This document shows positions 37,901-55,285 of a stretch of DNA of 64,000 nucleotides, in pieces (position 1 is the first letter of the stretch; each line of letters begins with the position of its first letter). Source of the DNA: Thalia democratica (Eukaryota); the NCBI GenBank assembly GCA_965202585.1, contig OZ241828.1, positions 55,676,001-55,740,000 on the forward strand, in the 5' to 3' direction. Position numbers and translations under genes: made by a program. The notes under the pieces are model-generated. The model did not search any database and had not been told where the DNA came from. It was given only the letters and a program-made list of their open reading frames with translations.

Positions 37901-40336
37901 TATTACTTTACTAAACTAAGTTATTAATTATATTCCTTGAGTTGTTATTTAACTAAAAAATTATACCTAATTTTCTTTATTGAGAAATTAAAATAGTTTT
38001 AACAAACTTAAATATTATGTTTTAAATGTAAGCCATTTTTTAAATAAAGGTTGGTTTATACAAAAATAAAACTAAACATTTTAATCATTTTAGCTGTTTT
38101 AAATTAAGAAAAGCTTTATTTAAAAAGTTAGAAATGCTTGTATTTTTATTTAAAATGAACCTATTTACAAACTAAAGTTATTTATTTTAAATAAACAATT
38201 TTTTTTTTGTGAAAATCTCACTCACTTTTATAAAGACTTTCTATGTTTAAGTTTTGTACATACATTAACACAAAAAGTTTAAAAAAATTTATAAGAAGTT
38301 TGTTTACTGCTTTTTAATAAATCTAGTTTGAATTGTGTTTTAGCTTAAATTATTTCTATTTATCAAAAGTAACACAAAACTTTGTTAATTTTATAACAAT
38401 TATATGATTTCTTATGACCCTATAGAAGTTTATAATCTTCGTATTTAGTATCAGCTTATTTTTTAAGCAAAGGAAGTTATGCAAACACATATAATATTAC
38501 TTTTATTTTTCCTATCATGTCTGTTTTAAGTACAATATTTATTTTACCTAAACATATGAAATTTAAATGAATATGATAGTAATGCATGCGTCGGCATAAA
38601 TTAAACAAAATTCTATAAGTATTTTTTAAACTATAAAAGCACTATAAAATTTTATGTTTTAAAGATTTTTTTTTGTTTTTACTTTTTACTTACTTAGTGT
38701 TTAAAAAAAGAAGTAAATCGGAAATTCTAGAACAAACACAAAGCTTTTTCTAACATAAAATATTTCGTTGTACTATTTACGCTTTGAAATAAATAACATC
38801 TAAGTTTTAATTCAATTATTTTAAAGCTCATGTTTTTCACTTAAATTTATGTACATATATCTTAAATTAAGTCTTTATAAATAAAACAGGGTTGTATGTC
38901 ACCTTTCCTAACCTAAAGTTTGTCTAGCAAAACTTTGGCTACTTTGATATTTTTTTATTAAGCTAAGGCTAGTTTTAATTTTTATGGTTCCTGGTAAATT
39001 CTCAAAGTTTTTTTGCAGAGTTAAAAAAAATTATTATGAAGATTTTCCTAATTTTATTATGTAAAGCTAAACTCTGAGATTAATTTCAATATCGTAGCTA
39101 TCATGACTCAAATAGCTGTTTGATTTATTTAGTTGTTTAAAATATTTTGTACAGTTAACTTGAAAGATAAAAGTTTTTTTTAATTGCTATCGTAAAAGAT
39201 TACTTTCTTGAGAACTGTAAAAGCTACCTTGTTAAATAAATAGATAGTAAATACTAAAAAATGCTTATGTGCTTACTTCTAAAATAACTAGTTTAAAATT
39301 AAAGATAAATGACTAATTTTTCAGTATTATATTGATTGTTGAAGTATAAATACAAAAGAAAAATATTCTTTTTCAGTCTTAATATTAGGACTGTATATAT
39401 AGTTTTTTTTTTTCAAAAGAAATGTTTATTTATATACATAATAGACTTGAGTTGTTTATAAAACTCTAAATTGAAAAAATATATTTTGAAACATATAAAA
39501 CTCTAAATTAAAAAAAAATATTTTGAAACATATACACTCTATAAAAGTAGATGTGACCTAAATCTACAATTTAAGTTTAGACTTTGCTCAAAAAAGGTTT
39601 TATCACTGGTTTTGTGGTTATATGCAACTTACAATTATATTTTATTTAAAAAAACCTAAAAAATGTTATTTTAAAAATAATCTGTGAGATGCTTTACTAG
39701 TTTTAAAGAAAGTTAATACTTATATAAGGTTGTTTGTAACTGTTTTATTTACTTTAAGTTTTAACATAAGCTTTCAGTTGATATTAAATTAGTAGGTTGT
39801 AAATTAAGTTTACGAAATTAATAAATGTAATTGTGTAGAAAACTCCATTGGAATTTTAAAAAGTTAACTCCCAAACTGTTGCTATAACTTTAAAATGATA
39901 ACGAACGCTAGAAACTTTTTGTATAAATTAATTGATTTTACCAAACACAAATATAAATTTACCTAAATAATAAAAGAAAGCAACAAATATTATATATTAA
40001 AATATTAGCTATAAAAAATTTAACTATTAAGTGAGTGGCCGTTTAAAGAACTACTATAATTTTATTCAATACTCAAAGTGTTGATATTATATAGCTTAAA
40101 AACATAACAAACTGAAATTTGCATCAAGAAATTAATTGAGTTTCGTTGAGAACCAACTCATTCAAAAAACCAAAAAAAAAAAACTAAAACAAACATAACA
40201 GGTTTACTGCGTGACGATATCAACATTTTTCATGTACGTCACCGCAACCCACGGTAGCATGTCGCAGTTTGAAATGAAAGTTTACAGTTCCCTCCACAAA
40301 CCAATGTCAAAGTGGGCCACCAAGAAGAACAAGTGA
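28903..40336 (+). CDS. LCLAT1: Lysocardiolipin acyltransferase 1-like (AGPAT/LPLAT family), 7 exons
   Basis: Exons 28903-29086 (or 29082, see findings), 30281-30469, 30844-30975, 31687-31818, 32022-32155, 35349-35567, 40202-40336. From exon 2 onward the junctions are GT-AG and phase-consistent. Motifs: NHHTRLD (HX4D), FPEGTD, VLHPRTKGF, DVTVGY, FHVKRY, and a C-terminal KKNK dilysine ER-retrieval signal. Confidence 0.9.
33686..34972. mobile_element. Nested hAT-like MITEs in LCLAT1 intron 5 (outer 33686-34972, inner 33902-34794)
   Basis: Outer CAGGGTTTC ... GAAACCCTG with flanks GTTTAAAT/GTTTGAAG. Inner CAGGGTTGCCACG ... CGTGGCAACCCTG. Confidence 0.75.
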
Positions 40337-42283
40337 CATTGCAGTTTTTTCCTTGAAACAACTTCTAATTTGTATTTTAGTTCTGCAATACTTTAAATAG
40401 TCTCAAAGATAAACTTGCTGCTTTGTTTAAAGTCAAACAACTTAGTTTAGATTTTGGTATGTTCCGAATTAAAACAATTTAGTTAAGATTAATAAGTGTA
40501 CGACACAGCAGTCATGGTGATTTCTTAAGATTCGTTCTATTTTTTATTGTGTGAGTTTTTAAGTTTTGTAAATAGTTTGTTTTAATTATGTAGCCTTTCT
40601 ATTATGCACAACATTAGCTGGTCGGACTGTAGTTACACACTGAAGCGTTGGAATTTGAAATTTTGTTAAAGCTTTTAGAGTTATCTCAAATCTTATAATT
40701 TAGAAATTAAACACTATGTTATGCTAAATATTTATTTCCTGCAGCTCTAAGTCTTGAGTGCTCACTACTTACGTGTGCTAAATTCAAAACACAAACTGTA
40801 AATAGTAACTTGCTATAAAAAAGTAACAATCTAAATTACACAATTTATAAAAACTAAGTGAAATACTAATTTTTATCATCCGTACTGTTATCGTGAGCTG
40901 GTTAACTTCTAAAATGCTTCTAATTAACTCAAGTTGAGATCATACGAGTAGCTTTATTTTCTTCTATGCATGACGAACTTATATAACATGTGCCATAAAT
41001 TATGCAAGTTTTTTAGGCTTGCTTTAGTTGCCGTCTATTTACTTTATATTAAGTTCCAGCAAAACTTTACAACTTCTATGCTATGGTGGTCTCTTTTTTA
41101 TATGGTTATGGTGAATTTGTACTATTATTTGTTGTCTGATTTTGACTTTATTTATCATGTATATAGAGTTCTTTTTTTACTTTATCGAAAATTTATTAGT
41201 TTTCTTTTTTCTAAAAGTGTTAAACAATCAAAGGTTTCTTTTTTAATTTTGTGTAATATTTGTGTAAAGTTTTGCTTGAAGTTTTTACAAAAAAAAAATA
41301 GTTTTTACAAGCTGTAGCTTTTAAGTTATTTAATTATGATCTATTTTATTATAACAAAAAAATGTTTTACACCATTAAAACTTGTTTAGATTAACATTTA
41401 CTTAGATTACCGAATTAGTTAGTTATAAGTCAATAATATAATAAATATAGTATATTGAAAAATACACAATGCTTTACATCCTTGATTTTTGTGACTTATT
41501 CCTACATAACACAATAAAATGTTTAAAAAAGTGTTTTTGCCTTTGTTACTTAAAGCTGTATGCTTACAACAAAAGGAAATTCATATGTGTTAATGAAGAG
41601 ACAATTTGCGTTAATCAATGGTTTAAAATAACTTGAGTAAAAAAGATAAGAATTCAAAGTTAAGACAGATTTAAATCAATTTGAACGTTTATAAAAGTCT
41701 TAGACTTCAGTAAAACTTTTATATACAACTGTAAACATAAAACCAAAGCAGTTTGAAATATAAAGTAGTTTTTCACTGGTCAAAACCTTGTATTGTCAGA
41801 GTTTAAAAAAATTTGAAAACTTTCGTTTTTTTACGGAGTTGAGCGTAATCTTATTGCATGCAAAGTATTAATGAAGTTTTTGCTTTTATGTTTTTTTTTG
41901 GTACAACTTTGAACCCGCAAATTCAAGAGCACCTACTGCTAAGTACGGTATTTAATTATTAACTCTACGTTACAGTTTATTTTAGTCTTAAGTTAACATA
42001 CATTTATAAAACAAAGTTATACTCATCATAAACTATCAATCAATACGAATTCTAATAGAGTTATTATAATTTACCAATATAAATTTTATGTAGTTTTTTA
42101 CACAAATAAGGTAGTATGAAAACTATTCTGCAATCTTAAATGTGTATGTTAAGGTTTTATTTAAAAAATACTATTTTCAGCATAAAAATTCAAACTTGTT
42201 TTAAATTTGAAAAACTAGCAAGTACAACTAGTTAGATACATATAATTGTGACCAAAATTTTATTAATAATATTCAAAACAGGA

Positions 42284-43602
42284 AATTATAGACCCATTTC
42301 ACTTATATCTAATTTAAATAAAATAATCGAAAAAGTAATCTATAGTCGCCTGTACAGTTTTTTTTTCTAAAAATAATGTTTTAAACAATTCTCAGTTTGG
42401 CTTTAGACAGAATCATTCCACCACTTTGGCTTTGTTGAAGGGTTTATGTCCAATTTTGATAAAGGAAACGCAGTTTGTGCAGTCTTTTTGGATTTAAGTA
42501 AAGCGTTTGACAGTGTAGATAGAAATATTTTACTAGGGAAATTGGAAAGTTATGGTGTGAGAGGAAATATGCATCTGCTAATCAGCTCCTATCTAGATGG
42601 AAGGAAACAATTTGTTAGCTTTGGAGGATATGAGTCAACCTGTGAAAAATGTGAAATTGGGGTTCCACAGGGGTCAGTATTAGGACCGTTGTTGTTCTTA
42701 ATACATATAAATGACCTACAGAACAACACTGGTCTTAACATCCTCAACTTCGCAGATGACACAATGTTATACAAATCATATACAAAAGACACATATCTAA
42801 ATGACAGTAAAATTTAAACATAGAACTTAAAAAGGTATCAGATTGGCTTATGGAAAACAAACTTAAATTAAATCCTAATAAAACCAGAAGCATGATTTTA
42901 TATCAATCAAAAAATATTTTTTGGAAAAATGAAGATCCTAATGTAAAAATAGGTAAAACAGTTATATCAAACACAAATAGCTATAAATATTTGGGAATAA
43001 TTATAGACAGAAATTTAAAATGGTCAGAACACATAGAAACTATAAAAACAAAATTACAAAAAACATTGGGTATATTATATAAAACCAGACACTTCTTGAA
43101 TGAAAAAGCATTATATTTGATCTTTAATTCTTTGCTTATGAGCAATGTTAGATATGGCTTGTTGTGCTGGGGAAGAGCAAATAAAAAATGTATAAATGAT
43201 ATTAATGTTCTCATAAACAGAGCACTTAGATGCATACATTATAAGAAATATGATGATAGTGTAAGAGAATTAAAATCTCAGAAAAAAAAATTAAATGTTG
43301 AGAGTCTGTATTTATATGAATTAGGTCTTTTTATGTTTAAGTTTAGCAACAATTAATTACCAGATAACTTTAAAAATTAATATAAAAGTGTAAAAAATGT
43401 ACATAATTATCATACCAGGTCTTCAGAAACAAATTTTTTCCTACCTAGATTCAACAGCAAAATAGGTCATAAATCACTATCCTTCCAAGGTAGTAAGTTG
43501 TGGACTAAGTTACCATTAAGTTTAAAAAATATAAGTCATTTTGGAAAGTTCCAGCATGAACTTAAAAGTTATCTTTTAAATAGTAATTCTCAAGGTCATT
43601 AG
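42284..43602 (+). mobile_element. 5'-truncated, disabled non-LTR retrotransposon (CR1/L2-like) reverse transcriptase
   Basis: NYRPISL...QFGFRQNHSTT, FLDLSKAFDSVD, GVPQGSVLGPLLFLIHINDL, FADDT, YKYLGIIIDRNLKWSEHI. Frameshifts near 42440 and 42810; in-frame TAA stops at ~43354 and ~43378. Confidence 0.92.
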
Positions 43603-43696
43603 TGATCATTCCTACTCCCTATTTACTTTGTTTAAGGAGTTAATAGTACTTGTCATTTAATATCCAAATTTTTATTAATTTTTTTAAATATTAGTT

Positions 43697-43970
43697 TTTT
43701 TTTTTTTGTCCGAAAGTTGATTTGTTTGGTCACAGTAACATTGGTTTAGTCTGGATTTAAGCATTTTCTATCTAACTATTTCTAAGATTGTAGTTAAAGA
43801 TTACTATTTAATAATTCATTTAATATCAAATTTTTTGTTTTTTTTTTTAATTTTTTTGTTGGAAAGTAGATTTGTTTGGTTACATTAACATTGGTTTAGT
43901 TGAGATTTTTGCATTTTCTGTCCAGTTATTTCTAAGACTATTCTTTAAGATTACTTTTTTGAATTAAGTT
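43697..43970 (+). repeat. Diverged ~150-bp tandem duplication downstream of the RT fragment (probable LINE 3' UTR)
   Basis: GAAAGT(T/A)GATTTGTTTGGT(C/T)ACA(G/T)TAACATTGGTTTAGT...ATTTCTAAGA occurs twice (~43712 and ~43862). Confidence 0.75.
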
Positions 43971-45464
43971 CAGAATACTTACAAACTTTTTTTTTTTAAT
44001 CTTTTTTCTGCTTACAAACTTATTTTTTAATATATACTATATTATTATATATTTTTTTTATTGCATGAAAATGTAAAAAGAGTAGTTATAGATGTTTATA
44101 TTTTAGCAGAAAATAAAGTATTTAACAAGCAAGCTGAGATAATTGTTTCAAGCAAATTTATGTTAAAGATAAATCTCTTTTTGAGCAAAGCAAAATTATT
44201 CTTTTTTATGTTTACAAATGTTGTTTTCTTTCTATTATTTCAGTTAAGACTTAGACAAGTTTTTCAAAGAGAAAAGAGTTTTTTTTTTTTTTTTTGATTG
44301 ATTTAGTGGAAAGAAATTTGTTGTTTTTAATATCATTGTTGTTAAAATTATTATTGTTTTTTTTTTACATAATACGTATCTTCATATTTTTATTTAAAAA
44401 AGTTAAGTTCAGTTATTGTAAAAATCACTTCTTTAAAATTCTAAAAAAAATTTTACAATAGTTTATGTAGCTATTCAAATGTGAAATATTTTTATTTTTC
44501 AACTTAAATTATCCAAAAAAAAAACCTTTTTAGCACAAAATACTTAATTAAAATGATATATTTATTCTATAATTTATCTAATTTAATTTTTTTTTTTATG
44601 GATACAGCTTTATTTTACTTTGCTTGAATATTGCAGTTTTACAATATTTTTTTTTTTTAATGTTATAGTTATATTTTACTGTTACTTATTTTTTGATAAG
44701 TTAAAATGAGTTGGTAGTAGAGTCGAATTTCTTAAACAAAAATAAAAAAAAGGAAATAACTTAACATATATATTTTTTTTTCTCTTTTTAAATCATATAA
44801 AAGGGTAATTTATTTGCAAAATTCTGAATTAATTTTAAAATTGAAACTTCAGATAAAAACTTAACCTTTTAACGTAAAGTTAGATATATATTTATGCGTA
44901 TATAATGTTGATATATGTGTGTGTAAAAGTTCTTTAATTTTTTTGGAAAATTCTTTTTTTTTTTTTCTTTTGTTTAAGAAAAATATTTAACGTTGTAAAG
45001 TTTAATAGTGTCACTGTTCATAGAGCTTTTCGTTTTAGAGTTTATTTTTTTCTTTTTTTTTTATTTTTAGCTCATTATAATTTTGATTAAGTTTGGGTAT
45101 GCAACTCGATGACTGAGAGGTCTTTTCCAGAGAATTCCAGCCGTCAGAATATGCTTAAAAATTATAAAAACTAAAATCTTAAAAACTCTTGGTGTTCTAT
45201 ATAAGAAAATATATTTCTAAAAATTAATATATTAATATCTAAAAATCTTTATACTTTAAGTCTTTAAGACACTTTCAATGAGTTATAATAAGCTTAATGT
45301 GTAGGAAAGAAAAAAAAACTAAAGTTAGTTAAGTAAACTTTCTTACTAATAGTGAACTTTTAAATTTATTACTTAAAAATATACAATGGGAGTGTTAGTA
45401 AAGTAAAAATAACTTGAAACTATTTAAAGTTGGAAATCTTTTTATGTTTAGTTAAAAAATATTA

Positions 45465-45587
45465 CTATAGCTTACTGAACGATAAAAAAAGACGCTCAAC
45501 ATATTTGGTTCTGCGACCTGGTGCACGAATAACCTTTCGGTAATCGAGTCACGCACTACGGACACCTTTTAATGCGTTGTCCAGGAC
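45465..45587 (-). repeat. ~125-bp structured interspersed repeat, copy 3
   Basis: Reverse complement GTCCTGGACAACGCATTAAAAGG..GACTCGATTACCGAAAGGTT..TCGTGCACCAGG..TCGTTCAGTAAGCTATAG. Confidence 0.8.
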
Positions 45588-46857
45588 AAAAACAGGAACT
45601 AATTTTTACGTTTGTTAGTGTTTGTTATATATCAACATAGTTATCTAAAAAGGTTTTCACAAACCTTACTTCCTAATATTTACAAGTGAATGTGGTTAAA
45701 ATCTCTAGCTTATCAGAGAGTAAACTGTTAACTGAAATGCCTAACACTTAAAAGACCATCTTCGAAGGTTCCAGGTTGAACTAAAAGTAATTTTACTTCA
45801 ACACCAAGTAAACTACTTCAGTACAGATAAGTTGCATAGAGAGTTCTATAAGCTTTAGGATAAATATAAGAAATACTTTATACCTGAGAATTTTGGATAC
45901 TGTGTGTTGATCAGGTTCAAATGACAGTGATCTAGTAAAGGTTATAACAATTTCTAAAATGTTCTTGTTATAATTAAGTTTATTAGTGAAAAAATTTAAT
46001 AGTTGAGAGTATTTCTTTCTTGTAAATAAAATTACTTATTGCTTGGTATAATTCTTAAAAAGTTTAACAGCTGAATCATATTCGGAAGTATATGGTTAAA
46101 TGTAAAGTTGATTTTTATCAAAAACAACTTTATATACACTTTAGGTCTTTTTTAATCTGTTGAAATTATTTATTTCGTTATTGTTAAGTTTTAAGGTTTA
46201 GATACATGTTTACCGCCGTAAAAATTATCCGTTTAAAAAAGTTAAAAAAAATAATTCTGTATAATATAAATGTTATTTTTTGGTGTTTGCAGGCTAAAAT
46301 TCAAAATTAAAAATGTTCTAGGGCAACAGACTCGAAATACCTTCTGTATTTATTGCGTTTCTTGTAAATATATTCGTAATTTCTTTGTTTTTAATCTTCT
46401 TTTAAAACCCCAAAATATCTAGTGTAAATTTCAAAATTATTTTAAATGGGTCACAGTATGCTAAACCCTAGTTTAGAGATTTGTTTTTATCTACTGTTGA
46501 CCATATTTATGAGCATCAATTTGTTTACAGTCATCTTAAGCTTAACGTAGAAATTTAGTCTAATACAACTGTAGTGTTCATGTATACATTTAAACTAAAG
46601 TATTTAATTAACCGTGTTTCTCCAGTAAAATTGTATCAACTTTATCTCATTTTTTTGTTTAATTTTAACAGTTACACAAAAAAGCGTTTAAAGTGCCTAT
46701 TGCTTACTTCTAGTAAAACTAGTATTTAATACGGAAATGTTTATTTAATTTAGAATATATTTTTTAGTAGAAAATTGTTTATTTTTAGTCGTTAATTTTA
46801 AACTTCTATAGCTAGATTAGCTGGGCATTTGGTTTTTTTTTTTGTTTTTTAACTTAG

Positions 46858-46940
46858 TATAGTTTATTGAACAAAAAGCGAAGAAAAAATTTTGCTCAAA
46901 AATGATTTGGTTCAATGACCTGGAAATCTGACCTTTTAAG
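46858..46940 (-). repeat. ~125-bp structured interspersed repeat, degenerate copy
   Basis: TATAGTTTATTGAAC..AAAATGATTTGGTTC..GACCTGG..ACCTTTTAA matches both ends of the family, with the core missing. Confidence 0.5.
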
Positions 46941-48570
46941 ATTGCTAGCTAACCTTTAAGTACTAAATACTATTTACACTTTTTACAAATGTTTACCTAT
47001 CTTGACATCAAAATTTATGATTTTCAACGAGTATGTTTTTACTTATAGGGCACACTTATAGTTTTATCAATATTCAAGTTAATTTTTTATCTGATAATTT
47101 CTAAAAACTTTTAAGCTTTATATTAAGACTTTTCTTTTCTTTTGTGTTTTTTTTTTAAATTTTATCTCCAATATAATTAAATGTTTACATTAAATGATTT
47201 AAGGGACCACATCTAAAAGATTAACAAACATTTTTAAACGAAAAATACTCTTTTAGGTCTAACTAATAAGAAAACAATTATAATACAAAAATTAAAAAAA
47301 AAAGAACGTTTAAAGTTTCTGAAAACTACTATATTATAAAACATGATTTTGTCGTATCTCAAAAAATAACTTTAATTTTTAGAAAATAAAAAATGCGTAT
47401 GTAGATCTAATTGTTAAGGTTATGTATGGAGCAGAGTTTTAGTTATTGTAGTTATATGTAAATAAGTAGTTTTGATTGAATATAAAAAATTACTTTTTCA
47501 AAGCGTAAAACTAAATAAGACAAATTTACCACACGTTGTTCAAACATTATACTTTAAGTGATAACAAAAAACGTTTGTCCAGTAATTTAAAGAACTTATA
47601 TTCGGAATTCTTGCAACCCTGCCATAAATTTAAAAAAAAAAACAAAAATAATTCTCAAATTTTTTAGAAAGAAGTTTATCCTAATCGCACAATTTAAAAA
47701 AGTATACATTTTTTCGTTTAATTTATGTGTAAAGCATACCTTCATTCTTTTCTAATTTAGAATTTTATACATTTTTAAAATAAAAAAAATTTCTAGTAAA
47801 AAATGAAGTATTTTCACTCGTATATGTTTAAGGAATTAAGTTGAATTAATAACAATTTGCGTATGTAAAGCATAGAACTATTTTTGTTTAAAACTTAAAT
47901 ACTTATTACTTTATTTGGCTCATTTATCAAGAAAAATCGTAAATATTTTTCATGATATTTAGTTTTACTGGTTAAAAAGCAGCAAATTATGTAATTTTTC
48001 AAAAACATCTAAAACGAGTGTATTTAAAACTTACATTAAATACAGGGCTCGTATACTTAGAGAGAGCTCAGTCTGATTACATATTTTCTGAGTAAGTAAA
48101 AAAAATAAGCATTTTTTATCTAAATTTTTATTATATTTATTTTAGTTAATTTTTGACTATTTTTTAATATGTTTGGGTAAGGTGGGTTAGTTATAAGGGT
48201 ATATAAAAACAAAAATTAAAATTATATAAAAATTGCTGACTCATGAAATATGCAAACTTACTGACTTTTAGTATACTAAATTTATATACTAGAGTTTTTA
48301 TCTTGGCAAATTTATTTTTAGTCTTAAATATATTTATGGAAAGCACTTTTATAGGAACGAAACATTTAACTGACACACTAACAGTATGCACAATTTGTTT
48401 TTAACTTTATATTAACCTGTTGTAAACTTAAGTTTTAAAGTTTTATTAAGGTTTCAATTAGTTTTTAATTCTGACTCACATTCAAGAAATTTAACAAATC
48501 ACTATTTTATTTGAAGACGAACAATTTTTTTTCGTTTATTTTGTTATACTAGACTTTAATTAAAATCTAC

Positions 48571-48694
48571 TCCTGGACAAGACGTTAGAAGGTATCCAAG
48601 TGGTGTGCGACTCGATAACCAAAAGGTTTTTACGTTTACCAGGTCCTATGACCAAATATTTTGAACACTCTTTTTGTCGTTCACTAAACAATAT
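48571..48694 (+). repeat. ~125-bp structured interspersed repeat, copy 4
   Basis: TCCTGGACAAGACGTTAGAAGG..GGTGTGCGACTCGATAACCAAAAGGTT..CCAGGTCCTA..TTGAAC..GTTCA. Confidence 0.8.
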
Positions 48695-49861
48695 AATTGT
48701 TAAAACAAAGACATAAAAATTAAAAAAAAAATTGAAGTAAGATAACAAGGTTATCCTTTTAGTATTTAAGAAAACTCATTTATAAAAAGAAAATACTATA
48801 TTGAAATTAGTTTAAGTGTATAAAAGCTCCGTACAGTTAACCTATAGAAAAAAAGCAAAAAAAAAAAGCTTTTAAATTTAACTTTTTATTAACACAGTAA
48901 TACTTTAGTTTAAGATGAGTTATAAAACATTTTAAAATGTGTTTGTAGAAGTGTTTAGTTTTTTTTTTAATAAGTAATTGTTTACTTATTAAAATAGTTA
49001 AGTAACTATTTTATAACAAATAAATGTAAGTTAAATATATACCGTTTAAATTTTTCTTAATGTAATTTCAGTATTTTAAGGCTCCTTTGCTTACTTTATC
49101 ACAACTAAAATTTTGTAAATATACCCTGCTTGCAATAACTAATGTTTAAAATTGTGAGTATCAAAAAAATAAACAGCCAACTTCTCTTTCAATATTTTCT
49201 TTTCACAAAAAATATTTCTACAGAGGGAGCTCTTAAAACAGTAAGTATTCATTCATGTACGTATATTAAATACAGAACAATATGTAGGTACATTTAAACT
49301 TAACTAAAAACAATTTAATAATTTTTTAAAATAAGAGATGTGTTTCTATTGTGCTAGTATAAGAGTATTGAGTAGGTAGATCAAAACCTAGTCTTCAATA
49401 ATTTTCTAAGTATTTTTCATTATACATTTGATGTATATAAATCATTTATGTATACTTTCATAAATTTTAGTTTAATTGATATTAATGGATTTTATTTGAG
49501 TAATATTACTTAATTTTGCACATAGTTAGTATGATGCTGATGCAAAGTTTGGTTTTATATTATTTAATTCCCAGATACTTTTTACCTCCAGATTTAGATT
49601 TATGCATACTATAAATTTTTGAAATGAAGAAAATTAATCAGTTTAGTAAATAAATAATGTGAGTTATAAATATCTCAAAGAATAATAGAGACAAGTTAAT
49701 TTAAATGTTAAACCTTCTACACAAAATTCCTCAAATTAGTTTTACATTTCCCTATTTGGGACAGTTATGTATATTTAATAAATAAAAACATGAACTTTAC
49801 AAAAACTTTAAAAAAGGTTGTTACAGAACTTTAAAAAAATTGGAATTTGACAGTCATTCTA

Positions 49862-50222
49862 CAGGGCTGCTAAAAAACCTGAATACTTGGAGAAATCTGA
49901 AAAGACCTTTAATTTGACAATTTAGGAAAATAAAACATGGAATTTACGAAATTAAAAAAAATAACATTGAATTTTTAACAATTTCAACATGTTTTTTAGT
50001 ATCAAAATTTGGATTTGACTTATACCTATCAAACGGATAAAATTTTTTGTCATCATCTAATATTTATAACACATTTAAATTAGCTGAACAGTATCTTTTC
50101 AAAGTTGTCATACTTTTTAATACAGTTTCTCACCTTAATTCTAACTCTGAATTAAAAACAGACCCAAACATGTGTACTTTAAAAACCTGGGGAGAATTTG
50201 CCTCCATCATTTAGCAACCCTG
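49862..50222. mobile_element. MITE of the CAGGG(T/C)TGC family
   Basis: CAGGGCTGCTAAA ... TTTAGCAACCCTG, TA on both sides. Another CAGGGTTTCCAAAAC end starts at ~50266. Confidence 0.65.
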
Positions 50223-51951
50223 TAGAAATCTTGTTATTTAAAGACTTAACATAACTCTTTTTAGACCAGGGTTTCCAAAACTCATTTTATAGTTGCCTCA
50301 TTTAAGTTTAAAATATATAAAATGGTAGCACCTTGTTTCTTAAATCCTTAAGTGTTAAATTTAGCATTTACTTTTTTGTTTCCTGAGTATCAATTGCTTT
50401 CTAATAGTCAAAATCTATAAAAAATTAAATAAGTGGTATACCCTAGATAATGGAGTTGTTAATGTAGTTGAGATACCCTAGATAATGGAGTTATTATTTA
50501 TAAGAATAATAAAAATATATAAATTTTTCACCAAGTTGTAAGTTAGACTTTTGGTTGTTTTAGTTGGGGATATTTTTTTACTTTTCATAGTACTGGATTT
50601 GTATACTCTCTAAATTATAGTTATACCAAAAAAAGCAAATGTTTAACTCAAACTTCAAACTACATCAATTAACTTTTATCTGAAAACAATGCTTTTAATT
50701 TTTATTGCTTAACCTAGTTTTAAGTTACAGATGTTAATTAATTATCTAAGGAAAGTGACTGTTTTATTGTTTTATTTGTTTTTTGGCACTGAATACAAAT
50801 GATATAAGTAACTAATAATTATCTGACTTGATTTTTTGCATCAAGACAGTTTTGATTGAATATGATTCAAACTTTATTAAGGCCATAGAGGGGGAGTAAA
50901 TTATACTAAGTAACCTGCTTTATTTTACTGCATCTTAAAGACTCAAATTAATTATGATTTTTAAGCAATCAGAGAGAGGCAAACAAAATTTAAATAAAAA
51001 TCTATCCTTAGTTTTTGAACAACTCTCTTAAAACTATCTCAGTTGATCTTGAATAATTTTTGAACAACTTGTAGGATTCAGAAATTAAGATTATGTATTA
51101 AAATTTATTAATAGAAATTAGATAATTTTATACAATTTACTTCATAACTTAATTTTACAGAAAATCCACACCCTACATATTGTTTGTAATATTGAAAATA
51201 ATTTTAAATCAAGTTAAATTAAAATTGTTGAGTATTCAAAGTGAAATTTCATGGCTCTTACAATTTTTAACATTGTTGCCCCACCTCACGCTTTCGTGTC
51301 CTTGATTCCTTAAAATTAGAACCACTTAGGAAGTAGTATCAGGTGTAGTTATGTAATATTATAACAAACAGTATTTACACAGAATAACTATTATGAAACC
51401 AGTTGTAGGTAAGTTGTAGTAGAGCTTGTAGTGACAGCTAAGGATGTTAAACTGAATAAAGATTTTTGAATTTTATTGGATATAGTTTTAGCTTTTGTGA
51501 TAAATTCCTACATTAATGTTGAAAGTGTGTAAGTGTCTCAACATGAGCTTAGTGAGTAATAATACTCCATTAATATATTTAAAACTACAACACTGATTTG
51601 CTATTTTGTTAGCTATTTACAACTACTCCCCCACCCATCAAAATAAATAACTTTTGTAAGTGGCAAAAATAAACTTTTGACTTCATAAGTTCACTGAGGC
51701 AGTTGAGTTTTTGTATATTAACCTCACTTGATATTAAAAAGAATCTTTTGCGATCCCTCAATATATAAAAAAGTGTGTTAGTTATGATAAAGCCTATATT
51801 AATGATGCAACTTAATATTATATGTATACAGAACAAAAGAATAGAACTATAATGTGTTTAGCATATTTATGTTTATTGCAAAATTAACAAAAATATTCTT
51901 CTAATAATTTGTCATAACACAACTCATTCCAACAGGCACATATAAAAAATC

Positions 51952-55285
<3,334 letters not shown>

